The translations under genes were made by a program, and so were the position numbers. Below the pieces are notes generated by a model. That model made no database searches. It was not told where the DNA came from and saw only the letters and a program-made list of their open reading frames with translations. From Heptranchias perlo (taxonomy: Eukaryota): 64,000 nucleotides of DNA. Each line of letters starts with the position of its first letter. Position 1 is the first letter of the stretch. Location of the stretch: positions 26,970,001 through 27,034,000 of the forward strand of contig NC_090350.1 of NCBI RefSeq assembly GCF_035084215.1, written 5' to 3'. Below, one piece after another: positions 53,479 to 64,000 of this stretch.

Positions 53479-53926
53479 CTGGATTGGGAAATAAATACAA
53501 GGACAGCAAATTCAGTTGCCAGGTGCCATGGATTTATTCAGTCCATACTGAGCCATAATCTGCCCAAACCATTTAGTTTATCTGTTTCTTTCAACATTTT
53601 CCCACCCTAGTACCATTCCTTCTATTTTGATTCTGTATTTCTCTCCATTTATTTATCTTTAACTGATTTGTCTATCTGTTTACAGAATGTATGCCCCAAC
53701 TATCTCCTATCTTAGAGAATTGATACCTTGCAGACCTTTGAAAGTAATAAAGAACACTAAACCCATTCACAAGATCACAAGGTACTTATGGATCAGGAAG
53801 GCCATCTTAATTCATCCATCCAGAAAGACCCAACTGCACCCCAATTGATTCCACCATTTTTTTCCAGTGATTTTCTATCTTTGTTTGAAAAGCACTTCCT
53901 GTTATCAGTCCTAAACCAGATGGTTT

Positions 53927-55456
53927 CCATCGCAGGGTTTTAAAGGAAGTAGGTGAGCACATTGCGGATGCCCTAACTATAATCTTTCAAAGTTCTCTAG
54001 ATTCAGGAACTGTCCCTCTAGATTGGAAAATTGCACATGTCACTCTGCTTTTTAAGAAAGGAGAGAGAGGGAAACTGGGGAATTATAGACCAGTTAGCCT
54101 AACATCTGTTGTGGGGAAAATGCTGGAGTCTATAATTAAGGATAGGGTCACTGAACACCTTGAGAATTTTCAGTTAATCAGAGAGAGCCAGGATGGATTT
54201 GTGAAAGGTAGGTCGTGCCTGACAAACCTGATTGAGTTTTTTGAAGAGTTGACTAAAGTAGTGGACAGGGGAATGTCAATGGATGTTATTTATATGGACT
54301 TCCAGAAGGCATTTGATAAGGTCCCACATAAGAGACTGTTAGCTAAGATAGAAGCCCATGGAATCGAGGGAAAAGTACGGACTTGGTTAGGAAGTTGGCT
54401 GAGCGAAAGGCGACAGAGAGTAGGGATAATGGGTAGGTACTCACATTGGCAGGATGTGACTAGTGGAGTCCCGCAGGGATCTGTCTTGGGGGCCTCAATT
54501 ATTCACAATATTTATTAATGACTTAGATGAAGGCATAGAAAGTCTCATATCTAAGTTTGCCGATGACACAAAGATTGGTGGCATTGTAAGCAGTGTAGAT
54601 GAAAACATAAAATTACAAAGCGATATTGATAGATTAGGTGAATGGGCAAAACTGTGGCAAATGGAATTCAATGTAGACAAATGTGAGGTCATCCACTTTG
54701 GATCAAAAAAGGATAGAACAGGGTACTTTCTAAATGGTAAAAAGTTAAAAACAGTGGATGTCCAAAGGGATTTAGGGGTTCAGGTACATCGATCATTGAA
54801 GTGTCATGAACAGATGCAGAAAATAATCAATAAGGCAAATGGAATGCTGGCCTTTATATCTAGAGGACTAGAGTACAAGGGGGCAGAAGTTATGCTGCAG
54901 CTATACAAAACCCTGGTTAGACTGCACCTGGAGTACTGTGAGCAGCTCTGGGCACCGCACCTTCGGAAGGACATATTGGCCTTGGAGGGAGTGCAGCGTA
55001 GGTTTACTAGAATGATACCCGGACTTCAAGGGTTAAGTTACGAGGAGAGATTACATAAATTGGGGTTGTATTCTCTAGAGTTTAGAAGGTTAAGGGGTGA
55101 TCTGATCGAAGTTTATAAGATATTAAGGGGAACAGATAGGGTGGTTGGGGATTTTAGGAGTAGGGGACACAGTCTAAAAATTAGAGCCAGACCTTTCAGG
55201 AGTGAGATTAGAAAACATTTCTACACACAAAGGGTTGTAGAAGTTTGGAACTCTCTTCCGCAAACAGCAATTGATACTAGCTCAATTGCTAAATTTAAAT
55301 GTGAGATAGATAGCTTTTTGGCAACCAAAGGTATTAAGGGATATGGTCCAAAGGCAGGTATATGGAGTTAGATCACAGATCAGCCATAATCTTATCAAAT
55401 GGCGGAGCAGGCACGAGGGGCTGAATGGCCTACTCCTGTTCCTATGTTCCTATGTT
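53927..55456 (+). mobile_element. Young CR1 LINE, 5'-truncated, nested in an older antisense CR1 (~53770-55975)
   Basis: ORFs 54111..54518 and 54463..55371 (one frameshift); (CCTATGTT)n tail. Confidence 0.95.
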
Positions 55457-57550
55457 ACAGGCCCTGAATTTATCTTTTGCTATATTGAACGTGTGACCCT
55501 TTGTCCTACTCTCCATTTAATTTAAGGTAGCATTCAGAACTTACCTTCTCTATACCCTTAATTATGTTATATTCCTCTATAAGATAACTACCTAAAAGCC
55601 TCCTTTCCAGGCTGAAAAAGGCAAGTCTCTCCAGTCTTTCCTCATAACTTAGACCTCTGCCAATAGCAATCAGTCTCATGTCTCTTCCCTGCCTCTTCAC
55701 ATATTTTGTCCAATTCATTCTATGATTTCTGGGATGCCTCCTTGAATTCCCCTCCCCCACCTAATTTGGTATTGTCAGCAAATTTGATCAATTTGCATGG
55801 AGTTTCTGAATCCAAGTCATTGTTTAAATTAGAAACAGTAATGGTCCCAACACCCAGCCCTCGGGCCTCACTTATTGCTCCCCCTCCCCACCTAGACATG
55901 ATTTATGTAACAAGTACCCATTCTTTTCTATGCTTCAACCAATTTCTTATTCATTCTCAAGTTTTACCCTGAATCACACTTAGCATGAAAATCGATCTGT
56001 GTAGGAGCAAACCACTTGGCAACAGTGAGATCAGTAATCAATGAACCAGACGCTGCAGCCTATCATATTTCTAACCTTAGGAGTCACACAGATACTAGTT
56101 CACCAGTTAACTGGCACTTTTAGTGCACTCCTAGTCATTCCAGAAGATGCAAATAACAACTTCCCACACAGAACTTTATTTCAGGTTCCCAATTGAATTA
56201 ATAGATTTATTCATATTAATTTTAATAAGTAAAAGCACATACGAGTCAGCACAATTTTACACAACTCGCAGACTTTTCATAATGTGGTCCATCCACCATT
56301 AACATCCCAGGGAATCTCTGTTGCACCCCTCTTTTGTTTCTCATTTGCACCAGCAGCCCCAAGCCCATGCTTATAAATTGTGTTTCTCTTAATTGGCTCA
56401 GAGCTTAAGTGAATTCAATATTGACATAAAAATGCAGCTCTGTCTTTCATACAAACAGGCCAATTTTAACTAGCCAAAATTCACTTGATTCAGTTGATTT
56501 ATCGCCCCGTTAACGCCAGCTGCTGCCATTCTGAAAGGGCCTTTCCCTTGGGCTGCTATCTCAGGCGGTAGTTCCTTACTCTGCAAATCGGGGTCCTATG
56601 ATGTAGTTAGGACCCTGATTGGAATTTTAAGGGACAATTGGGAGGAGCGAGCACCATGCACGCTCCCTGCCCGTGTATCCTGGCATTGAATGGTCCAACC
56701 AGCAGTCCTTCAAAAGATCGCTGCTCACGCCCTTCCACCTCGCCTCGACCTACCTATGAGCCGGCTCAGCGTAACTACCAGTCGAAATTCCTCAGACTCT
56801 AAACCGGCAAGCTGCATCAGGACGGCCATTTGGCGCCCGCAGCTCTCCGGCTCCATTTAAATGAGTACCGGGCTCCCAGAATGGGTGGCCGACCATTGTT
56901 AAAAGCTACCTGAATGGGCAGATCTTTCAACTTCGGTGGGGGCGTACAATGGGCAGTAGCGGATCGGCAGCTCGTTATACAACTTGCACAGTTTTCCGAT
57001 CCATTGACTTTGAAAGTCTGAGGATAAAGAACCAAGCACTCCAGAGGAGTTGGTACCTTTCAGCCATCTTAACGTTTACAGGCACAACCTTGCTTTAGCT
57101 TTCAATTTATACAAGGAAAATAAAATATATGTACAAGGCTACCCCCAGGTAAATTTATACATGGCAAATGAACGTGTCACACTGAGGGAGTGCCCAGCAG
57201 CAAGAACATGGTTGAGGCTGCTGCCTCTCAAGGCAACCATAGAGATAATATTCATCAACTCTGGAAGTAACCACAGTAGTATAATAATTGTAGGTTTTAG
57301 TTATTCTACAAGAAAATATATCACATTGACTAAAGAAATGTTACTAATATGCAATATTATATCACATTATTGGAATAGTATGATCAGAGTTTCTTTTCTG
57401 CACAACACTTTGTACTGCACCATTAAAACAGATAATAATTTTTTTTTAAATAAACATTTCTGAAAAATATATAGGTCAATATGGCTACAGGTATGCAATA
57501 TCAACATATTAAGCAACTCTTATTACATTTAAAGTTTGTTTAAAACACAC

Positions 57551-57750
57551 CTTGCCAATTTTGTTTTTCAAGGCATTTGGAGCCATGTGGTAGTTTAAGT
57601 GTGATGTGATCAGCTGAGAATCTTTGCAATTTGGAATGAATACAACATACTCCACCCATGGGGCTCTTTCATAGAGGACTTTGTCTTTTACAGAATCAAT
57701 ATTGCCATTGGCTAATATCAGACTTGTGATCTGCTGCATCCAAGTAGTTC
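57551..57750 (-). CDS. Sulfotransferase exon 2 (GTTWMQQITSLIL...LITSHLNYHMAPNALKNKIGK)
   Basis: Within ORF 57509..57766; CAG acceptor, phase 1 start; GTGTGT donor. Confidence 0.92.
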
Positions 57751-59164
57751 CTGAATCAGAGGGCATAAAATAATTACTAGTAAAAATAGGTTGGAAAATG
57801 GGACCTTACTTTCTCAAAATTGGTGTAGGAAGCTGCTTCTTCAAGTCTATGATGGAATTTCTTTTTAACTTTACTAGTAAGATTTCTGTGAGCTTTTGTT
57901 ATTAACAGCAATATCTTCATGAAGGCAGCAAATCTGTGGTTACAAAGGGAGACTTTTCCATGCTTTGTGCCAGTGGTGCAAATGTGCACTCAAAGCAGGA
58001 AGATCAGAATAATTGGGGGAATGTCATTGCTCTGAAAGTGCCAGGAGCGCACTGCCCACTATTAACTGATTAAACTGCATTGGGTGTTCAAAATGCTTAC
58101 ATAAATGGCATATGCCAGCCTCATTAATCATTTCAAAGTCATACAAATTCTTGCCACCACATTTTCCATGGGTTGCTGCTGAAATGCAACATAATTAACG
58201 AAGGCCTGTTTAACATGGGTGAATTTGGTAAATCACTTCCTGGTGGTAAAGTGGTTTGGGGCAAAGAATCCTTGGCCCCACTCCCCTGGCATAAGGGCCG
58301 AGGCTTCCACTCATGAACCCACCACAGTATCTGCAGTTAGGGCAAGAGTTCATCATTTGCATGCCAGAGGCAGGCGGCCGCAAAACTATGGCTGCATCTT
58401 GGACATCTGCCAGTGGAGGGAGCGTGCAAAATGCAGTGCCAGATGATCTCATGGGGGTGCCGGCTGACACAAGTGCTGGCAGACCGGCAGATCAACCTAT
58501 CTGCCTAGCCCATCAGGCATTGGAAGAATTTCCAGATCTTCCAGGCCAGGACATCAGTGGGTCCCACGACTTGTATGTTGGGTTCATCCCAGCGACCAGG
58601 TCACTCAGTGCCAAGGAGGCCAGGGCTGAGAAAATTCCCGGTGTTGCACTTTCCGATCCTAGGCCCTTCCCCATCTGATATCAGGGGCTACATTTGGGAC
58701 CGACAGACTTTCTAGGAATCCTGTGCCCCTGAGTGAACATGCAGCCATTGCGATGCTGAGCGGAGATTTGGCAATTCTGGGCCCCATCGGAATTTTTGCC
58801 TCTGCAGGGCCTCCTGTGCCCAAATTCCACCCCGGACCGCCTTTTACAGACCTCCCCCTGATCATTCCTCTGCAACTCTTCCTTACCCTGAAGCTCTCTG
58901 AGGGCAAGAGAAATTCACAGGGAATGCCCAATATAACATTACAGGGTGCAGAAAATGTGCGAATAATTTTTTTTCCAAAATATTCCAAATGACCCATGAT
59001 ATGGGGACGCCTATTATCCATTTTTGAAACCAGCAATTCCCCCCCACTCCCCCGGATCGGTACAGTTCAGCCAGCATTGCCGGCACCTTTGGCAAAGAAG
59101 CACTACAGATGTGCCCCCTAACTCCCTTTAATCTTAATCCGAAGACAGTGGGAGTGATTTTCAA

Positions 59165-60630
59165 TTTTTTTTTATTCGTTCATGGGATGTGGGCGTCGCT
59201 GGCGAGGCTGGCATTTATTGCCCATCCCTAATTGCCCTTGAGAAGGTGGTGGTGAGCCGCCTTCTTGAACCGCTGCAGTCCGTGTGGTAAAGGTTCTCCC
59301 ATAGTGCTGTTAGGAAGGGAGTTCCAGGATTTTGACCCAGCGACAATGAAGGAACAGCGATATATTTCCAAGTCGGGATGGTGTGTGACTTGGAGGGGAA
59401 TGTGCAGGTGACGTTGTTCCCATGTGCCTGCTGCTCTTGTCCTCCTAGGTGGTAGAGGTCGCGGGTTTGGGAGGTGCTGTCGAAGAAGCCTTGGCGAGTT
59501 GCTGCAATGCACCCTGTGGATGGTACACACTGCAGCCACAGTGCGCCGGTGGTGAAGGGAGTGAATGTTTAGGGTGGTGGATGGGGTGCCAATCAAGCAG
59601 GCTGCTTTGTCCTGGATGGTGTCGAGCTTCTTGAGTGTTGTTGGAGCTGCACTCATCCAGGCAAGTGGAGAGTATTCCATCACACTCCTGACTTGTGCCT
59701 TGTAGATGGTGGAAAGGCTTCGGGGAGTCAGGAGGTGAGTCACTCGTCGCAGAATACCCAGCCTCTGACCTGCTCTTGTAGCCACAGTATTTATATGGCT
59801 GGTCCAGTTAAGTTTCTGGTCAATGGTGACCCCCAGGATGCTGATGGTGGGGGATTCGGCGATGGTCATGCCGTTGAATGTCAAGGGGAGGTGGTTAGAC
59901 TCTCTGTTGTTGGAAATGGTCATTGCCTGGCACTTGTCTGGCGCAAATGTTACTTGCCACTTATCAGCCCAAGCCTGGATGTTGTCCAGGTCTTGCTGCA
60001 TGCGGGCACGGACTGCTTCATATTTGAGGGGTTGCGAATGGAACTGAACACTGTGCAATCATCAGCGAACATCCCCATTTCTGACCTTATGATGGAGGGC
60101 AGGTCATTGATGAAGCAGCTGAAGATGGTTGGGCCTAGGACACTGCCCTGAGGAACTCCTGCAGCAATGCCCTGGGGCTGAGATGATTGGCCTCCAACAA
60201 CCACTACCATCTTCCTTTGTGCTAGGTTTGACTCCAACCACTGGAGGGTTTTCCCCCTGATTCCCATTGACTTCAATTTTACTAGGGCTCCTTGGTGCCA
60301 CACTCGGTCAAATGCTGCCTTGATGTCAAGGGCAGTCACTCTCACCTCACCTCTGGAATTCAGCTCTTTTGTCCATGTTTGGACCAAGGCTGTAATGAGG
60401 TCTGGCACCGAGTGGTTCTGGCGGAACCCAAACTGAGCATCGGTGAGCAGGTTATTGGTGAGTAAGTGCCGCTTGATAGCACTGTCGACGACACCTTCCA
60501 TCACTTTGCTGATGATTGAGAGTAGACTGATGGGGCGGTAATTGGCCGGATTGGATTTGTCCTGCTTTTTGTGGACAGGACATACCTGGGCAATTTTCCA
60601 CATTGTCGGGTAGATGCCAGTGTTGTAGCT
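59165..60630 (-). mobile_element. Non-LTR retrotransposon of the wider CR1/L2 group, 5'-truncated, with AATAAA and A-tail
   Basis: ORFs 59950..60762 (NYRPISLLS, LDIKAAFDRVWH, GVPQGSVLGP, FADD) and 59228..60058; frameshift near 60020. Confidence 0.9.
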
Positions 60631-60904
60631 GTTTCTTGCCTGAAAAATGGGCAGCCACAATTGAAAATGGGGAAGGGGATACATCGGCCAAGCCATTGAT
60701 GCCCAAGACCTGCCTGATGCAATATTAAGGTGAGCCTGTAAATGGGTGAGTAGCCTACCCACCTGAAACAGGCAAGAGGCTGCTTAGATATGCAAATCTG
60801 TGTCCTACGCCAGGTCTCGGACCCCAATTGCAATTATCAGCTACAAATGCGTGAAGCGTGCTAGATGCACTCTCCGCCTATTTGTGCCAGACATTGCGTG
60901 ACCT

Positions 60905-63062
60905 AACAACAACAACAACTTGCATTTATACAGCGCCTTTAACGGGAGATTGAGGCCCTAGTCAAAAAGAAGAAGGAGGCATATGACATGCATAGGCAGC
61001 TGGGATCAAGTGGATCCCTTGAAGAGTATAGATATTGCCGGAGTAGAGTTAAGAGAGAAATCAGGAGGGCAAAAAGGGGACATGAGATTGCTTTGGCAGA
61101 TAAGGCAAAAGAGAATCCAAAGAGCTTCTACAAGTACATAAAGGGCAAAAGAGTAACTAGGGAGAGAGTAGGGCCTCTTAAGGATCAACAAGGTCATCTA
61201 TGTGCGGAACTACAAGAGATGGGTGAGATCCTGAATGAATATTTCACATCGGTATTTACGGTTGAGAAAGGCATGGATGTTAGGGAACTTGGGGAAATAA
61301 ATAGTGATGTCTTGAGGAGTGTACATATTACAGAGAGGGAGGTGCTCGAAGTCTTAACGTGCATCAAGGTAGATAAATCTCCAGGACCTGATGAAATGTA
61401 TCCCAGGACGTTATGGGAGGTTAGGGAGGAAATTGCGGGTCCCCTAGCAGAGATATTTGAATCACCGACAGCTACAGGTGAGGTGCCTGAAGATTGGAGG
61501 GTAGCAAATGTTGTGCCTTTGTTTAAGAAGGGCGGCAGGGAAAAGCCTGGGAACTACAGACCGGTGAGCCTGACATCTGTAGTGGGTAAGTTGTTAGAGG
61601 GTATTCTGAGAGACAGGATCTACAGGCATTTGGAGAGGCAGGGACTGATTAGGAACAGTCAGCATGGTTTTGTGAGAGGAAAATCATGTCTCACGAATTT
61701 GATTGAGTTTTTTGAAGGGGTAACCAAGAAGATAGATGAGGGCTGTGCAGTAGACGTGGTCTACATGGACTTTAGCAAAGCCTTTGACAAGGTACCGCAT
61801 GGTAGGTTGTTACGTAAGGTTAAATCTCACGGGATCCAAGGTGAGGTAGCCAATTGGATACAAAATTGGCTTGACGACAGAAGACAGAGGGTGGTTGTAG
61901 AGGGTTGTTTTTCAGACTGGAGGCCTGTGACCAGCGGTGTGCCTCAGGGATCGGTGCTGGGTCCGCTGTTATTTGTTATTTATATTAATGATTTGGATGA
62001 GAATTTAGGAGGCATGGTTAGTAAGTTTGCAGATGACACCAAGATTGGTGGCATTGTTGTCAGTGAAGAAGGTTATCTAGGATTGCAACGGGATCTTGAT
62101 AAATTGGGCCAGTGGGCCGATGAATGGCAGATGGAGTTTAATTTAGATAAATGTGAGGTGATGCATTTTGGTAGATCTAGGAGTACAGGTTCATAGCTCC
62201 TTGAAAGTGGAGTCACAGGTGGATAAGGTGGTGAAGAAGGCATTCGGCATGCTTGGTTTCATTGGTCAGAACATTGAATACAGGAGTTGGGATGTCTTGT
62301 TGAAGTTGTACAAGACATTAGTAAGGCCACACTTGGAATACTGTGTACAGTTCTGGTCACCCTATTATAGAAAGGATATTATTAAACTAGAAAGAGTGCA
62401 GAAAAGATTTACTAGGATGCTACCGGGACTTGATGGTTTGACTTATAGGGAGAGGTTAGATCGACTGGGACTTTTTTCCCTGGAGAGTAGGAGGTTAAGG
62501 GGTGATCTTATAGAAGTCTATAAAATAATGAGGGGCATAGATAAGGTAGATAGTCAAAATCTTTTCCCAAACGTAGGGGAGTCTATAACGAGGGGACATA
62601 GATTTAAGGTGAGAGGGGAGAGATACAAAAGGGTCCAGAGGGGCAATTTTTTCACTCATAGGGTGGTGAGTGTCTGGAACGAGCTGCCAGAGGCAGTAGT
62701 AGAGGCGGGTACAATTTTGTCTTTTAAAAAGCATTTGGACAGTTACATGGGTAAGATGGGTATAGAGGGATATGGGCCAAGTGCCGGCAATTGGGACTAG
62801 CTTAGTGGTATAAACTGGGCGATATGGACATGTTGGGCCGAAGGGCCTGTTTCCATGTTGTAAACTTCTATGATTCTATGATTCTAGTAAAATGTCCTAA
62901 GGTGCTTCACAGGAGCAATTTTCAGACAAAATTTTAAACCGAGTCACGTAGGAGATATTAGGACAGGTGACCAAAAGCTACGTCAAAGAAGTAGGTTTCA
63001 AGGAGCGTCTTAAAGGAGGAGAGAGAAGTGGAGAGGTTTAGGGAGGGATTTCCAGAGCTTAG
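60905..63062 (-). mobile_element. L2 3' end split by the CR1 (60905-60943 plus 62887-63062)
   Basis: (aac)n-ttgcatttatacagcgcctttaac resumes as gtaaaatgtcctaagg...; colinear with the L2 end at 19286-19470. Confidence 0.75.
60944..62886 (+). mobile_element. Young CR1 LINE, 5'-truncated, with an apparent internal deletion near 62175
   Basis: ORFs 60988..62196 and 62168..62800; (ATTCTATG)n tail. Confidence 0.96.
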
Positions 63063-63446
63063 ATGGAGCTTAATTTCTTTTGGTGAGGCCAGGAGGAGCT
63101 GGGCCCACGGAAATATTCTGGGCCATTGCAGCCTGTTCCAAGCCCTTCTTGGGATTGCTTCCCCCCCGACCCCCCCTCCCAGACCTGACTTGTCGACGGC
63201 CCAGGGTGGAAGCCAGCCAATTCCCACCCTCCCACAACAGATGAGCTGCAGCAGGGTGCCCATTTGATGCCTGCAGCTCACTGACAGCCATTAAATGAAG
63301 CCCGAACCAAAAATGGTTTGGACCTCCCAACACAAGTATCAAGCGGGCGACACGACTGCTCCTCCCCAGCGAGTGAAAATGTGATCTTGAGGTGATGGTA
63401 TGTTGGTTTTTGCTTCTTTGTGGATTAGTTGGCACTTATTTAAAAT

Positions 63447-63895
63447 GTGGTAGCACCTTCGCTTTTGAATCAGGGTTCAAGACCCACTCTACAGACTTGG
63501 GTTCAAGACCCACTCTACAGACTTGAGCACATAATCTAGGCTGATACTTCAGTGCAGTACTGAGGGGGTGCTGCACTGTCAGAGTTGCCGTCTTTTGGAT
63601 GAGAAATTAAACCAAGGCTCCATCTGCCTGCTTGGGTGGATATTAAAGATTCCATGGCACTTTTCAAAGAAGAGCATGGGAGTTCTCTCAGACTCCTGGC
63701 CAACATTTATCCCTCAACCAACATCACCAAAAATAGGTTATCTGGTCATTTATCTCATTGATGTTTGCAAATTGGCTGCCACATTTCCTAAATTATAACT
63801 GACTGCATTTCAAAGGCACTTAATTGGTCATGAAGCACTTTGGTATGTCCTGAGGTCGTTAAAGGCGCTGTATAAATGCCAATTCTTTCTTGCTT
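63447..63895 (+). mobile_element. DeuSINE/SacSINE1-like SINE with a tandemly duplicated B-box region
   Basis: gggttcaagacccactctacagactt twice (63473-63524); tail aaaggcgctgtataaatgc. Confidence 0.82.
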
Positions 63896-64000
63896 ACTTT
63901 AATAAGTATCAGACTGAGAAACTAAGGTTGCAGTTGTTGTATGATTAATTTTATAATATCCACAGTAAACAATTCAGCTGTTAAATAAATAGTATCCATT

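Larger units (their letters stand above)
44816..57750 (-). other. Cytosolic sulfotransferase gene (SULT2/SULT3 amine/hydroxysteroid type), coding exons 2-6; exon 1 not found in window
   Basis: Five exons (200, 127, 95, 178, 104 nt) join in frame without stops. Motifs: GTTW (5'PSB tail), SHL (catalytic His), RNPKD..VSFY (3'PB), YGSWFDH, RKGxxGDWKN. A single ~200-nt exon 2 fits the SULT2/3 structure rather than SULT1. Confidence 0.92.

Noticed and set aside
57777-57989. ORF or donor just upstream of SULT exon 2 as SULT exon 1
   Set aside because: No TYPKS (5'PSB) motif found here or elsewhere up to 64000; exon 1 is presumably outside the window.

Overview
Vertebrate genomic DNA, very probably from a cartilaginous fish (inferred from the CR1, L2, DeuSINE-like and Penelope repeat complement). 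Two host genes lie on the minus strand. TRAPPC3 (Bet3) is complete: 5 coding exons at 38287->17044, 180 aa, with a CpG-rich NRF1/ZNF143-type promoter. Upstream of it are coding exons 2-6 of an apparently intact SULT2/SULT3-type cytosolic sulfotransferase (57750->44816); exon 1 was not found in the window. Much of the remainder is transposon-derived. It includes many 5'-truncated CR1 and L2 LINEs, tRNA-derived SINEs, GGG-ended MITEs with 3-bp TSDs, and two Penelope-like (RT + GIY-YIG) elements with 13-bp TSDs plus a solo pLTR. Main observations: (1) four minimal dimer-type hammerhead ribozyme motifs in Penelope pLTRs, two with intact cores on the host-gene sense strand and with covarying stems; (2) two CR1 copies 46 kb apart sharing the same non-CR1 3' extension; (3) two template-switch-type inverted duplications in TRAPPC3 introns; (4) the sulfotransferase as a speculative bile-alcohol sulfation candidate. 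All coordinates were read by eye. Exon boundaries were checked for GT-AG and phase; most repeat boundaries are approximate.
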